A DNA stretch of 64,000 nt from Candidatus Hodarchaeota archaeon (GCA_048886685.1 JBHLKM010000016.1:45082-109081), one strand, 5' to 3'. Positions 9,006 through 20,655 are shown, counted from the stretch's first letter. Made by a program: numbers and translations. The notes: a model not told the origin generated them from the sequence alone.

Positions 9006-10254
9006 AGCTCAACAAGATTTTATTCAGGAAAGAGAAACAAAAATAATTAAAGGAAATGTAGCTGCTGCGTATGCTGCAAAATCAGCTCGAGTTCAAGTAA
9101 TCAGCGCATATCCAATTACACCACAAACTACTGTGGTTGAAAAGTTATCTGAATTTGCAGATAATGGAGAAATGCCAGGAACTCAATATATAAAAATGGA
9201 ATCAGAACATAGCGTTTTTGCTGCTGTAATAGGTGCAAGTAAAGCAGGCACTCGAACATTTACAGCAACATCCGGTCAAGGTATATTTTATGCACATGAA
9301 ATGATTCATTGGGCAGCAGGTGCCAGACTTCCTATTATTGTTGCTATTGCTTCAAGAGGACCAGCACCACCTTGGAATATTTGGGCAGATTTTACCGATG
9401 TGTTAAGTCAACGTGATACAGGATGGATGAGTTCGTTTTGTGCTTCTCATCAAGAAATATATGATGAAATCCTGATGTCATATAAAGTTTGTGAAGATCA
9501 TGAGGTTTTACTTCCCAAATTTGTTGCTTATGGTGGTTTTATATTATCTCATACTTCAAAACCAGTGATAATTGAAGACCAGGATCTTGTTGATAAATAT
9601 TTACCCTCATTGCCTGGTGAAGAAGGGTGGCCCCATATTTGGATGGATCCTAAGAGACCGATGATGTTTGGTAATCTTATTATGCCTTCGGGATTTTATT
9701 ACGAATTTAGAATGAAAATTCATGACTCCTTTATTCGAGCCAAAGAAAAGATCAAAAATGCAGCAAAAGAGTTTGAGAATGTTTTTGGGAGAAGTTATGG
9801 AAATGGATTAATTCAAGAATACCATATGGATGATTCGAAGGTGGGTGTTGTAATTTATGGTGATTTAGCATTACAAATGGAACAGGCTATAGATGATTTA
9901 AGAGAAGAAGGATATAAGGTAGGCATGGTGAAATTAAGACATTTCCGACCGTTTCCTGTAGAAGATATCCTCAATTCTATTAAAAAAGTGAAACTTATAG
10001 GAGTTATTGATAGAGCGACAGCGTTTGGATCACAAACTGGAGGCCCAGTTAGCTGTGAGGTTAAAGCCGCTTTGCATGAAACAAAAAATACCCCTACTGT
10101 ATTGCCTATAATAAATGGCTTGGGTGGAAGAGAAGTATCTTTAGAACAACAAAAAGATCAATTAAAAATGTTAATTAAATTAGAAGAAATTGGAGAATTA
10201 CCCAAAGATATGATACATGGAACTCTCTGGGATGGACTATTGGAGGTTGAATAA
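8998..10254 (+). CDS. porA: 2-oxoacid:ferredoxin oxidoreductase alpha subunit
   Basis: [30 protein letters not shown]. Confidence 0.93.
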   Translation: MVEAQQDFIQERETKIIKGNVAAAYAAKSARVQVISAYPITPQTTVVEKLSEFADNGEMPGTQYIKMESEHSVFAAVIGASKAGTRTFTATSGQGIFYAHEMIHWAAGARLPIIVAIASRGPAPPWNIWADFTDVLSQRDTGWMSSFCASHQEIYDEILMSYKVCEDHEVLLPKFVAYGGFILSHTSKPVIIEDQDLVDKYLPSLPGEEGWPHIWMDPKRPMMFGNLIMPSGFYYEFRMKIHDSFIRAKEKIKNAAKEFENVFGRSYGNGLIQEYHMDDSKVGVVIYGDLALQMEQAIDDLREEGYKVGMVKLRHFRPFPVEDILNSIKKVKLIGVIDRATAFGSQTGGPVSCEVKAALHETKNTPTVLPIINGLGGREVSLEQQKDQLKMLIKLEEIGELPKDMIHGTLWDGLLEVE

Positions 10255-10257
10255 CAA

Positions 10258-11199
10258 ATGGTTAAATTAAAAGAAGCATTAGATTCATGCCAAGAAGAAT
10301 ATTTCCTTCCAGGAAATTCTTGCTGTGCTGGTTGTGGTCTTGAAATTGCTCTTCGTTGGGCAATGAAAGCTTTAGGACCTAATACAGCATTGGTTACTCC
10401 AGCTTCATGTTTGAATGTAGTAATTGGGTTATGGCCAAAAACAGCACCAAATTTTCCTTTTACTAATATGGCTTTTGCAGCAGGAGCAGCGGCAGCCACT
10501 GGTATGGAAGCGGCTTTCAAGGCTAAAGCATATAAGTTCCCTAATAAAGGATGGGATGAAATAACAACTTTAGTATTTGCTGGAGATGGAGGTACTGCAG
10601 ATATAGGTATTCAAGGTCTCAGTGGAGCTGCAGAAAGAAATTCAAACATTATATATACTTGTTACGACAATGAGGCATATATGAACACTGGGATCCAACG
10701 ATCTTCGAGTACACCTCATGGGGCAATTACAACAACAACGACTCTTGGAAAGGAAAGATATAAGAAAAATCTTCCAGGTATTCTAGTTGCACATGACATA
10801 CCTTATGTTGCAACATGTAGTATAAGCGAACCACTTGATTTGTATGATAAATTTAAAAAAGCTAAATCAATTAAAGGTTGTAAATATATACACATTTTAG
10901 CTCCTTGTCCTCCAGGTTGGGGATTCGGTTCCGAAGAAGCAATAGAAATTGCTCGTTTAGCTGTTAAATCAGGCTCATGGATATTATATGAAGTTGAAAA
11001 TGGTATTATGAAATTATCAAAAAAGAGCAAGTCTTTATTAGAACCTTCTAAAAGAGTTCCATTAGTTGAATACCTTTCCAAACAAAAACGTTTTTCACAG
11101 ATTTCTGAGAAGGATTTAATAGAACTTCAAGAACGCCTAGATCATAATTGGGAGCGAATAAATGTTGAATTAAGTTGTCAAGAACAATATCCAAAATAA
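10258..11199 (+). CDS. porB: 2-oxoacid:ferredoxin oxidoreductase beta subunit (TPP-binding)
   Basis: CAGCG, GDGG...DNEAYMNTGIQRS, PCPPGW; substrate specificity not determinable. Confidence 0.93.
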   Translation: MVKLKEALDSCQEEYFLPGNSCCAGCGLEIALRWAMKALGPNTALVTPASCLNVVIGLWPKTAPNFPFTNMAFAAGAAAATGMEAAFKAKAYKFPNKGWDEITTLVFAGDGGTADIGIQGLSGAAERNSNIIYTCYDNEAYMNTGIQRSSSTPHGAITTTTTLGKERYKKNLPGILVAHDIPYVATCSISEPLDLYDKFKKAKSIKGCKYIHILAPCPPGWGFGSEEAIEIARLAVKSGSWILYEVENGIMKLSKKSKSLLEPSKRVPLVEYLSKQKRFSQISEKDLIELQERLDHNWERINVELSCQEQYPK

Positions 11200-11295
11200 T
11201 TTTACAATTCTTTTCCTAATGCAGTTGATTTCAGAATGAAAATATAATAGAAGAAAACCTTAGAGTACAATAAGGAAAAAATATTATATTTATTA

Positions 11296-11955
11296 ATGGG
11301 ATTTTTAGTAAAATTAGCAGGAAAAGAACTAAAAGAGATTGAGTTTTATCTAAAAATTGCGGTTGATTTTATAATTCAAGGAAAAGTGATTAGCTTCCCA
11401 ACCGACAGTGTTTATGGTATTGGAGGAAATCCTTTAAATTTAGATGTTGTTAATAGATTATATGATATCAAATTTCGAGACAGAGCTAAAGGGTTTCTTC
11501 TATTAGTCTCCGATTTTGAAGAGGCTTTAAAAATTGCAGAGTTTAATGAATTAGCTAAAAAATTAGCTAAACGATATTGGCCAGGTCAATTAACATTAAT
11601 TTTAAGAAAAAAGGAACGAAGTATAATTCCACCAGAAATAACTGCTTTTAAGAATACAATTGGCTTACGAGTCCCAGAGAACGAGATTATCTTGAAAATT
11701 TTGAGCCTTTTGAAAGCAGATGGACATCTCGGAGTTATAATAGGAACTTCCGCAAATTATTCTGGTGAACCTCCTTGTATTAGTGGAGAGGAAGTTGCAA
11801 AGAAATTATTAAGCCCTATTGATTTAATCATTGATGCGGGTAAATCTAAATCACAATTATCAACAACTATAGTTGATTGTACTACGTCAGAACCAAAATT
11901 TTTAAGAATAGGGATGATGCCTGAAGAAGAGATTTTGGATTTTTTATCAAAATAA
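11296..11955 (+). CDS. tsaC: L-threonylcarbamoyladenylate synthase (YrdC/Sua5, YrdC domain only)
   Basis: FPTDSVYG, KFR, WPGQLT, GLRVP, TSANYSG. Confidence 0.92.
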   Translation: MGFLVKLAGKELKEIEFYLKIAVDFIIQGKVISFPTDSVYGIGGNPLNLDVVNRLYDIKFRDRAKGFLLLVSDFEEALKIAEFNELAKKLAKRYWPGQLTLILRKKERSIIPPEITAFKNTIGLRVPENEIILKILSLLKADGHLGVIIGTSANYSGEPPCISGEEVAKKLLSPIDLIIDAGKSKSQLSTTIVDCTTSEPKFLRIGMMPEEEILDFLSK

Positions 11956-12488
11956 TGAGGAAGGTATATATGAAAAATTTTAATTTACTAATCTCAACAT
12001 CTAGATTTAATGAGACTAATGCCGCTACCGAAATGTGGTTTACCCTATTAATGTGTGGTGATAATTATCCTATTATTTCAAAATTAACGTTTCCTGGACT
12101 AATTTCTGCTTTATCTAACATAGATGCCAAAAAAGTAATTCTAAAAATACAACAAATATTGAAAAAAGATCCTCATTTTTTCCAATTTATCTTAAATATT
12201 ATTCCCATTGATTTTATTTGTGAAACTAATATAAAAATATTAGCAAATCTAATACAAGAAAATTCAAAAACTTATATAAAAGAAGGAGATTCTTTCAAAA
12301 TAGTATTAAAAAGAAGAAAGCATGAAAAAATAGAAAGGAATAATGCAATTGAACGAATTGCCAACCGAATAAATAATAAGGTTGATCTTGAAAATCCAGA
12401 TAAAGTTATTAGAATTGAGGTACTAGGTAATTTTTGTGCCGTGTCTTTTCTAAAACGAGATGATATTATTAAAATAGGGAATCTCTAA
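11955..12488 (+). CDS. THUMP domain RNA-binding protein
   Basis: SFKIVLKRR...KVDLENPDKVIRIEVL. Confidence 0.85.
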   Translation: MRKVYMKNFNLLISTSRFNETNAATEMWFTLLMCGDNYPIISKLTFPGLISALSNIDAKKVILKIQQILKKDPHFFQFILNIIPIDFICETNIKILANLIQENSKTYIKEGDSFKIVLKRRKHEKIERNNAIERIANRINNKVDLENPDKVIRIEVLGNFCAVSFLKRDDIIKIGNL

Positions 12489-12505
12489 AAGTTTTTTTTA
12501 ATTAT

Positions 12506-13186
12506 TTATGTCTTTTCTATGTTTACCAGAGCCATTTTCTCACAAATTAAATCAAATATTGCTCTAGACAAAGATTCTAAATCGTTTTTGAACTCTACTA
12601 AATCTTTTTCCTTATTCCCATAAGATTTTAAAACAGATTTGATTTGTGATGAATTTATATCAAATTTATCTATGATCGTGTTGATTTTTTCAATTCTTAA
12701 GTTATTTATTGTTAAATCTATCTCTTTGACGTCTAAAATTTGTATGAGCTCCTCATTAATTTTATATAGGTTATCATATGGTGAAACAATACAGATTATA
12801 ATGTTTCCTTCCTTTAAATCATAATAATCAATTCCGAAGGATTCAATAGCTTTACTGATTTGCCGATTTGAAGATAGATATAACAATAATTCAATATTTT
12901 TTTTATTTGATATATGTGTTTTATGAAAAAAAGCTTTTTGCATGTAATAACACGCAATAAAGATATGGTCTTGATTTAAAAGATATTTATCGCTAATAAA
13001 TTGTATAGTTGACTCTTCATATTTATTTTGGAGTTCCTCAATTATGTTAAATAAATAATTTAGAACTTTATCTTCACCATCTATGTCATTAGCTTTTAAA
13101 AATTGATTTAAGTCAAATTTAATTTGATTTACTCCAACAAAATATCTTAATTCTATTGTATCAAAATAAAAACTTCTTACAATCAT
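12506..13186 (-). CDS. cgi121: KEOPS subunit Cgi121
   Basis: ELLLYLSSNRQISKAIESFG, EKMAL; ATG at 13186 overlaps the ecfT stop (ATGA). Confidence 0.85.
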   Translation of the reverse strand: MIVRSFYFDTIELRYFVGVNQIKFDLNQFLKANDIDGEDKVLNYLFNIIEELQNKYEESTIQFISDKYLLNQDHIFIACYYMQKAFFHKTHISNKKNIELLLYLSSNRQISKAIESFGIDYYDLKEGNIIICIVSPYDNLYKINEELIQILDVKEIDLTINNLRIEKINTIIDKFDINSSQIKSVLKSYGNKEKDLVEFKNDLESLSRAIFDLICEKMALVNIEKT

Positions 13187-13950
13187 ACAGGGAGTCTCCA
13201 AGTAAACCAATCTGGCATTAAACTATATTGGATTCTAATGAAAATGAATGTTATAAGAAATAATATTAAATAAATTGTAAAAATCCAATCTTTTACTAAA
13301 AATTTAATTGTATAATAAAATGACCTTTCTTTCTCACTTCCAAAGGCTCTTGATTCTAAAGCTTCTGCTACATTAAAAGCCCTTCTAATTGAGCATATGA
13401 TTAATGGGATTAATAAAGGAAAGAGGTTTTTGATTTGATTAATAAGCCCTTTTTTTTCCATTTCATATCCTCTACTTTGTTGAGCATCGATGATATTTTG
13501 GGCTTCAGTAGCAATGGTTGGTACAAATCTAAACGCTAAAGAAAAAGAAAAAGCAAATTCGTATGGAAATTTCATAGATATCAAAGAAAGAGCTAAGTCG
13601 TTAGGATCCACTGTTAAAAAAAAGATTGAAAAGGCGGAAACCATGATACAAATTCTCAGTATCATAGCAATAGCAAACGATAAGGATAAGAATAATGTGT
13701 TTAATATAATTATAAAAACAACTAAAAATGATAAACCCCGAATACTCTTTATCCACTGTTTGAGGATTTTGCCAATGATAACTAAAGGGATTAAACTCAA
13801 AAAAATTATGAGTAAAGGAATAATTTGATTGAATAATAAAGCACTTATAGTGTATATTAGTGCAAATACCAGTTTAGCTCTTGGATCTAAATTATGTAAA
13901 AAAGAGTCCTTTTTCATAAATTTAAAAGCATTGAGAAATTCTAAAGACAT
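13183..13950 (-). CDS. ecfT: ECF transporter transmembrane component
   Basis: LDPRAK, AFRFVP, AQQSRG, ALESRAF. Confidence 0.92.
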   Translation of the reverse strand: MSLEFLNAFKFMKKDSFLHNLDPRAKLVFALIYTISALLFNQIIPLLIIFLSLIPLVIIGKILKQWIKSIRGLSFLVVFIIILNTLFLSLSFAIAMILRICIMVSAFSIFFLTVDPNDLALSLISMKFPYEFAFSFSLAFRFVPTIATEAQNIIDAQQSRGYEMEKKGLINQIKNLFPLLIPLIICSIRRAFNVAEALESRAFGSEKERSFYYTIKFLVKDWIFTIYLILFLITFIFIRIQYSLMPDWFTWRLPV

Positions 13951-13965
13951 ATACTTTTACTCCTC

Positions 13966-14832
13966 CTAAACACTAGTAGTTTTTTTTCTCAAAAATTTAA
14001 TTAGATATTCAGTAATTTCGCTTTTTGAAAAATACTTATTGATACCTTGGAATCCTATTTCTTGCAAAACTAAAGATAACTGCCGAGTTTGCGGGAGAAT
14101 TAAAGATGATCTTTCAGTTAAAAATCCATTACTTAATACATTATGAGTTGGACCATCTGCAATAATTTCTCCGCCCTCCATTAAAATTGTCCTAGGGATA
14201 AATTCATAAGCAAATTCAATATTATGAGTGATAATTATGATTGTTTTGCCTTGTTTCTTCTCATTATTGATTAGTCTTATAAAAGATTCAATTTCTCTAG
14301 CATCTTGACCTAGTGTAGGTTCATCAAATACTAAGATTTCAGGGCCTCTGCAAATTATTGAAGCAATAGCTAATTTTTTAGATTCCCCTCCTGATAAATT
14401 TAAAGGAGATCTATCGCGGTATTTGTCAAGGTTAAAATTTTTTAAGATTTCATTTGTTTTTAATTCAAGCTCCTCCTTGTTCATATTTAGATTTTTTAAA
14501 GAGAATTCAATCTCATCTTCAACAGTGTTAGCAAATAGCTGATGAGAAGGATTTTGAAAAATTAAACCTACTTTTTTAGATAACTCGGCTATACTTTTAG
14601 AACCAATGTTTTTATTGTTAATGTAAATATTACCTGATGTTGGTCTTATTAATCCATTCAAGGTTCGAATAAGAGTCGTTTTACCAGCTCCATTTTTACC
14701 CATTATTCCTAATAACTCTCCTTTATAAACATTTAAATTGATATCTTTCAATGCTATAGTACCATTTGGATAAGTATATTCGACATTTTCAATAATTATT
14801 AATGGAAAATCCTTCGATATCGTAATCACCAT
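13966..14832 (-). CDS. ecfA2: ECF transporter ATPase
   Basis: GKNGAGKT, FQNP, LSGGE, DEPT. Confidence 0.9.
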   Translation of the reverse strand: MVITISKDFPLIIIENVEYTYPNGTIALKDINLNVYKGELLGIMGKNGAGKTTLIRTLNGLIRPTSGNIYINNKNIGSKSIAELSKKVGLIFQNPSHQLFANTVEDEIEFSLKNLNMNKEELELKTNEILKNFNLDKYRDRSPLNLSGGESKKLAIASIICRGPEILVFDEPTLGQDAREIESFIRLINNEKKQGKTIIIITHNIEFAYEFIPRTILMEGGEIIADGPTHNVLSNGFLTERSSLILPQTRQLSLVLQEIGFQGINKYFSKSEITEYLIKFLRKKTTSV

Positions 14833-15677
14833 TAGTCCGATTGTAATTTTTTCATAGAATCTATTGCAGCTGGAATTGAGGCCGGAATTTTTCCAGAAAA
14901 TAAGTTTTCATTTTTTAATCTATTGAATATCGTATAAATTACAGGTTTATTTAACATTAAATTTTGAAAATGTTTCCCATTGAGCACATCATCACGAGAA
15001 CCATATTCAACAACTTCTCCGTTACTTATCAAGACCATTTGATCTGCAAAAGGAAGTACTAAGTCTAATCGATGTTCGCTTATCAGAATTGTAAGATTTC
15101 TCTCAACTTGAATTTCTTTTATCAAATTAATGATTTTTTTTGCCATATAAGGGTCTAATAAAGCTGTTGGTTCATCCAATATTAGAATTTTGGGTTCTAA
15201 GACAAGGATTGAAGCAATCGCAACACGTTGCTGTTCTCCACCACTTAATTCGAATGGTGCTTTATCCAAAATATGTTCAATTTCGGTTAATGAGGCACTT
15301 TCTTTTATCCTTTTTGAAATTTCTTTTGAAGGTATACCTAAATTTTCCAGTCCAAATGCAATTTCATGTTCAACATTCATAGCGATTAATTGATTCTCCG
15401 GATTTTGAAAAACTATGCCAACATCAGTGGATAATTCAGCAATAGGGGTATTACTTGTATCTTTTTCATTTATAAATACTTTTCCCTTATAAAAACCAGA
15501 ATAAAATTGGGGGATTAAACCGTTCATGCATCTAATTAAGGTTGTTTTTCCAGAACCAGTTTCCCCACATAACAAAATAAAGTTATCTTCTTCTATTATT
15601 AAATTAATGTTATTTAGGGCATATTCTTCATTTCCTTTATAACGATAAGAAAATCCTTCAAATCTTATTAAATCCAT
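14832..15677 (-). CDS. ecfA1: ECF transporter ATPase
   Basis: GETGSGKT, FQNPENQ, LSGGEQQR, LDEPT. Confidence 0.9.
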   Translation of the reverse strand: MDLIRFEGFSYRYKGNEEYALNNINLIIEEDNFILLCGETGSGKTTLIRCMNGLIPQFYSGFYKGKVFINEKDTSNTPIAELSTDVGIVFQNPENQLIAMNVEHEIAFGLENLGIPSKEISKRIKESASLTEIEHILDKAPFELSGGEQQRVAIASILVLEPKILILDEPTALLDPYMAKKIINLIKEIQVERNLTILISEHRLDLVLPFADQMVLISNGEVVEYGSRDDVLNGKHFQNLMLNKPVIYTIFNRLKNENLFSGKIPASIPAAIDSMKKLQSD

Positions 15678-15740
15678 ACTTAAAATGCATCCTTAATTCA
15701 GCCTTGAATAATAATAATGTGTAATGATTTAAAATTTAGA

Positions 15741-16745
15741 TTATAAAAATTGTTTTATTCTTTCAACGACTTTAAGAAGAACAGATTCTAAATCCGCATT
15801 AAAGGTTAAAGATGCTGCACCATCGTGTCCCCCACCACTTCCATTAGAATCTTCTGATATTTCTTCTAATATTTTCCCTAGATGTAATCCAGTTTTCATA
15901 CAAATACTTTTTTTTGCTCTACTATTAATTAAATTCTTACTTTTTTCCTTTGTATAAATAATACTTATATCACATCCAGTTTTTATTAACATTGATGCAA
16001 CACTGGCGCCAAAACTACTGACATTACTAATTCCAATTAAATAATCTCCTTTACGTATTAACTCAACTCTCTGTAGTCCTTTTATTTTAGCGATCTTTTC
16101 TGAAATATCCACTTCAGTTTTTAACATTAACTTTAGCTCCTGGAAATTTACTTCTCCATCTAATAAATCGCTTACTTTTTTAATTGTTTCATTATTTCCA
16201 TATTTAAAAAAACCAGAATCAGTTAAAATGGCAGCAACTATTAAATTTTTATAGGGGGGTGTTATATTCTGGTTGTAATAATTAAATAAATCTAAAATAA
16301 TTTCAGATGTTGAAATAGCATTATCATTAATTAAATTTAGTGAAGCTATGTTTCCGTTTTGTAATTTATTTTTATTAAAATGGTGATGATCTATAAACAC
16401 ATAAGGAATTTCTAATTTAATGACTTCACTACAACTGAATTGTATTTGACTCAGATCGTTTGTGTCTGTTATTATACATACATCAAATTCGGAAAATTTT
16501 ACCTCACTTTTATAATTAAAATTGAATTCAGGCAACTTTTCTGAGAAATTAAGCATAAAATTTTTTGTATGGTTCGAAAGTTCTGATAGTAAGATTGATA
16601 TTGGTTTGTTGGTGTGCTGGAGTAAAAAGAATTTTAAAGCAAAACAAGATACAAACCCATCAATATCGGCTAAATCATGAGTTGTAATAAGGATTTTTTT
16701 ACCTTTTAAGAAGGTTAAAAAATCTTCATATTTTGAATGCAACAT
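15741..16745 (-). CDS. DHH/DHHA1 phosphoesterase
   Basis: THDLADIDG, IDHHH, TDSG, GGGH. Confidence 0.9.
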   Translation of the reverse strand: MLHSKYEDFLTFLKGKKILITTHDLADIDGFVSCFALKFFLLQHTNKPISILLSELSNHTKNFMLNFSEKLPEFNFNYKSEVKFSEFDVCIITDTNDLSQIQFSCSEVIKLEIPYVFIDHHHFNKNKLQNGNIASLNLINDNAISTSEIILDLFNYYNQNITPPYKNLIVAAILTDSGFFKYGNNETIKKVSDLLDGEVNFQELKLMLKTEVDISEKIAKIKGLQRVELIRKGDYLIGISNVSSFGASVASMLIKTGCDISIIYTKEKSKNLINSRAKKSICMKTGLHLGKILEEISEDSNGSGGGHDGAASLTFNADLESVLLKVVERIKQFL

Positions 16746-16753
16746 GAAGCTGT

Positions 16754-17116
16754 TTAGGCGCTTTTATTTTGAAGATCAGCTTGAATTGAATTACTTAAAG
16801 TTGTAATTTGATTTTCTAATCTTGATTTTTTTTGATCTAAGGTTTTTAATCTCATTTCGAGAGTTACTTTTAAGCTTTTTTTCTCATCAAGGAGCTTATT
16901 CTTTTCACTTTTTACCAGTATTCCCCCAATTGACTTAAAAACCGGTGTATCCGCTTCTATTTTTTCCAATTCTTCTATTGCAAATTCGGTTTCTCTTAGA
17001 TGGGATTCTGTCTGATTTTTTTGGGAATTAATAATTTCATAGGTTTGTTGTAGGTTTGCTAAATTTTGGATTTTATTTCTTTGTTCCTCATCAAGATTAT
17101 TTAAATTGATTGACAT
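16754..17116 (-). CDS. pfdB: Prefoldin beta subunit
   Basis: Coiled coil with central VFKSIGGILVK hairpin; superoperon context. Confidence 0.9.
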   Translation of the reverse strand: MSINLNNLDEEQRNKIQNLANLQQTYEIINSQKNQTESHLRETEFAIEELEKIEADTPVFKSIGGILVKSEKNKLLDEKKSLKVTLEMRLKTLDQKKSRLENQITTLSNSIQADLQNKSA

Positions 17117-17180
17117 TTTATTTACTTCTTCTTATTCTCTACTTTATTTTATAATTGAATTGTACTAATATTTCTTTACT

Positions 17181-17453
17181 TTAAGAAATTTCTGCTATTT
17201 TTATGGTGCTATCAATGACTTTTCCAAAACTAATAATTTCATTCATACTAGCTCGAAATGCCGTGATATCACAAGATTCAACTTTAAAAACTAACTTACT
17301 ATCATCTTGTTTGTTTACCAATACTTTAGATCGATAAGTTTGTAATTTTTTAATTTCTGGAATAAAGGAGTTATATGATATATCTCTTATTTGAGAATCA
17401 TTAAAATTTAATTCTATTATTGATTTAATGGTAAAAGGTTTATTTATTTTCAT
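17181..17453 (-). CDS. pcc1: KEOPS subunit Pcc1
   Basis: PE...RSKV...DITAFRASMN; lies before pfdB. Confidence 0.85.
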   Translation of the reverse strand: MKINKPFTIKSIIELNFNDSQIRDISYNSFIPEIKKLQTYRSKVLVNKQDDSKLVFKVESCDITAFRASMNEIISFGKVIDSTIKIAEIS

Positions 17454-17734
17454 TATTCTTCAATTGTTTCTAATTCTCTTTGCTTACGTTTTGCGATTCT
17501 AAAAGATTCGGCACCTCTAGGAGTTTCAATAAAATATGCACCTCCTGTAAATCGAGCATCACATTTTCTGCAATGCCAAATGCCCGTTGATATTCTATGT
17601 ATAGATCCTCTAGTTTCACACCTAGGGCATTTAGTATCTCCTTTCATTTTTTCTAAAATTAAACGAGTTCTTTTGCGTAAGGTACTCCCATAACGAGCAC
17701 CGTATTTACCTGTGATTCCTGTTCGTTTTCCCAT
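17453..17734 (-). CDS. rpl37ae: 50S ribosomal protein eL43 (L37Ae)
   Basis: GKYGARYGSTLRK, CPRC...GIWHCRKC...FTGGAY. Confidence 0.97.
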   Translation of the reverse strand: MGKRTGITGKYGARYGSTLRKRTRLILEKMKGDTKCPRCETRGSIHRISTGIWHCRKCDARFTGGAYFIETPRGAESFRIAKRKQRELETIEE

Positions 17735-17922
17735 TTTAGTTCAAAATTAGTTTTTAATAATCGATGTTATATTAAAACTTAGGGTAAACTATAAATTTTT
17801 CTAAACAACAAGAGAACTTTTAGGGAGAATTTTATTTTTTCCCCGAGTAAAACAAATTACAAAGGAAATTTATAAATAAATAAGAATTTAACAATTAAAT
17901 TAATTATAATTTCTAATTTTTA

Positions 17923-20655
17923 TTGTCGTTTATGTTAAACAAGGTATCTTTTATTGCAGATTTAACTCAATTAGATATTGATAATGTAGAACTAGGAAAT
18001 AAGGCTACAAATTTAAGTAAATTAATTCAATATAATTTCTCTGTTCCTAAAGGTTTTGTTATTAAAACTAATGCATATGACGAATTTGTTAATTTTAATA
18101 ATCTTGATGGTATAATACAAGATTCCTTGGTAAAAATTGTGTTTGATAATTTTGAGACTATTGAAACGTGCTCTAAAACGATCCAAGACTCAATTGAAAA
18201 TGGTGAATTTCCCTTAGAAATAGCTAATGAATTGGAATTGAAATATAGAGAATTTTCATCTTATAATGTTGCTGTACGATCATCAGCCATAGCTGAGGAT
18301 CTACCATCTGCTTCGTTTGCTGGACAATATGACACATATTTGAATTTAGGGGATTTTGCCCAAATTCTTAAGTATATAAAGAAATGTTATGCGTCGTTAT
18401 GGACAAGTCGGGCGATTGTGTATAGATATAAAAACAAAATCCCTCATGAGAAGGTTAAAATTGCAGTTATTGTGCAAAACATGATAGATGCGAAATTTGC
18501 TGGTGTTCTATTTACTTTAAATCCAATAACTTCAAAGAATAACGAATTATTAATTGAGTCAAATTATGGATTAGGAGAGTCAATTGTATCAGGAAAAAGT
18601 AGCCCAGATCAATTTTTCATTCAAAAGTTAAGGAGGGGATCACTTAAAATCCTCAATAGGCGAATTGGCCGAAAAAAGTTAGCAGCATATCCTAAATATA
18701 AAGGGAATGATGAGGGTATTGAGTATAAGGAATTGTCTGAAGAATTAGCTCAACAATCGTCTCTTTCTGATGAAGCTATTATAAAAATTGCTAAATTAGG
18801 ACTTCAAATAGAAAAAAAATTCAACGGAATTTCTCAAGATATTGAATGGGCTATAGATAAGGATAATCGAATTAATATTCTGCAAACACGGCCTATCACA
18901 GCATTTAAAGCTGAAAGCATCCCCTCTGAAATATTATGGAGTAGAGGATATTCAGATGATTATTGGAATGATAATGTTACACCTCTTTATTTTGAACTTT
19001 TAGGCGATCCTATCACAAAAATAGTTAATATTGAATTAAACGACATTATGGGTTATAAGCAAATGGATATTGAATTACTAAAATTATATAAAGCTCATGT
19101 TTATTTCAATCTCAATGTGATAAAAAGAAAAGTAGAGAATGAAATTCCAAAATTTATTCGTAATGAAGACGTTTTAAACTATTTTCCGGAGGGGTCAGGA
19201 CCTTATGGAAAGAGTAAAGTAAAGGAGCTTCCGTTTCATCTTATTAGTCGAATAGTTGCAGAGCTCAGAATAAGTTCTTATGATCCTAATGGATCAATGT
19301 CTAAAACCGCTGAAGCTTATGAAAATTGGAATCAAGAAACATTTATTCCTTACTGTAAAAAATTCGAAAATCAACTAAAAGAATTTGATGATTTAACAAA
19401 CCTAATTAGATTAATTGAAGAATTAGATAGAATTATGATTGGGCATTTTCGACTCATTCGTTATGGGATTCCCGTTCATAATATAGGCATGAATTTATTA
19501 GTTCAATATCTTCTTACCCGTTTTATTGGCAAAGAGGAATGTTATAAACTATACCCAATTTTAATATCCGGACTTCAAAACAAGTTAACAGAAACAAATG
19601 ATCAAATTCATAATTTATCTTCTCTGATTAATAAATCTGAGGAGCTGAAATCAATATTTAATAATCAAGATTCATCAGAGATATATAATATTTTATTAAA
19701 AAACAGCACTCAGTCTTCTCAAAATTTCCTAAATGAATTTGTAACTTTTTTAAATGAACATGGGGTACGTGGATTTACGAGAGAAATTTTTTATCCCCGC
19801 TGGAAAGAACCACCAATGACTAATGTTTTTGATATTCTAAAATCATTAGTAATGGATAAATGGGAAGAATTGGATACGATAAAAGCAAAAAATTTGAAGA
19901 AAAGAGAACTAACTGAAATGATTGTAGAGAAAAAGATAAGATCTCAACGATTTGGATTATTAAAATGGAAGATTTTCTCTGTAATAATAAAAAATAGTAG
20001 AAAATACATATCATTTAGGGAAGATCAGCGTTTTAACCTTGATAAATGGATCACAATGAATAGAAATGCCTATTTAAAGATCGGAAAAGTTTTCACAGAA
20101 AGAGGTATAATACCAGATGAAAATAAAATCTTTTTCCTCTTTAAACGCGAAATTAAGGATTTAGCTTTGGGGAATTATAAAAGTCAAGAAATTCAACAAA
20201 TATCATCTAATGTTATTAAACGCTATGAAGAATTTAAAAGATATGAAAATAAGATACCTCCTAAATTCATTATGGGTTCAAGAGAATTTAATGATGAGTT
20301 AAAATACAATGATAAAAGTCAGATTTTTAAAGGGCTTCCCGCGAGTCAGGGCACTATGATTGGACCCATCCGTGTCATTCATGATATAAATCTCATCTCT
20401 ACAGTACGAGCTGGTGAGATCTTAGTTGTACCACAAACAGATCCTGGTTGGACTCCTGTTTTTTCAAAAATCGGGGGATTGATAACGGAAACTGGTGGTA
20501 TTCTTTCTCATGGAGCCGTAGTCTCACGAGAATTTGGTATTCCGGCGGTAACGAATATTATAAATGCAAGTAAAATTTTTACTACTGGTCAAATAGTAAA
20601 AATAAATGGTTATAATGGAACCGTTATACTTCAAAACTTAAATGAGAGAGGATAA
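17923..20655 (+). CDS. PEP-synthase-like phosphotransferase (rifampicin phosphotransferase/PigC architecture)
   Basis: N-terminal ATP-grasp (VRSSA.EDL..SFAGQ, DIEWA, LQTRPIT), helical middle, C-terminal His domain (TDPGWTP, LSHGAVVSRE). Confidence 0.88.
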   Translation: MSFMLNKVSFIADLTQLDIDNVELGNKATNLSKLIQYNFSVPKGFVIKTNAYDEFVNFNNLDGIIQDSLVKIVFDNFETIETCSKTIQDSIENGEFPLEIANELELKYREFSSYNVAVRSSAIAEDLPSASFAGQYDTYLNLGDFAQILKYIKKCYASLWTSRAIVYRYKNKIPHEKVKIAVIVQNMIDAKFAGVLFTLNPITSKNNELLIESNYGLGESIVSGKSSPDQFFIQKLRRGSLKILNRRIGRKKLAAYPKYKGNDEGIEYKELSEELAQQSSLSDEAIIKIAKLGLQIEKKFNGISQDIEWAIDKDNRINILQTRPITAFKAESIPSEILWSRGYSDDYWNDNVTPLYFELLGDPITKIVNIELNDIMGYKQMDIELLKLYKAHVYFNLNVIKRKVENEIPKFIRNEDVLNYFPEGSGPYGKSKVKELPFHLISRIVAELRISSYDPNGSMSKTAEAYENWNQETFIPYCKKFENQLKEFDDLTNLIRLIEELDRIMIGHFRLIRYGIPVHNIGMNLLVQYLLTRFIGKEECYKLYPILISGLQNKLTETNDQIHNLSSLINKSEELKSIFNNQDSSEIYNILLKNSTQSSQNFLNEFVTFLNEHGVRGFTREIFYPRWKEPPMTNVFDILKSLVMDKWEELDTIKAKNLKKRELTEMIVEKKIRSQRFGLLKWKIFSVIIKNSRKYISFREDQRFNLDKWITMNRNAYLKIGKVFTERGIIPDENKIFFLFKREIKDLALGNYKSQEIQQISSNVIKRYEEFKRYENKIPPKFIMGSREFNDELKYNDKSQIFKGLPASQGTMIGPIRVIHDINLISTVRAGEILVVPQTDPGWTPVFSKIGGLITETGGILSHGAVVSREFGIPAVTNIINASKIFTTGQIVKINGYNGTVILQNLNERG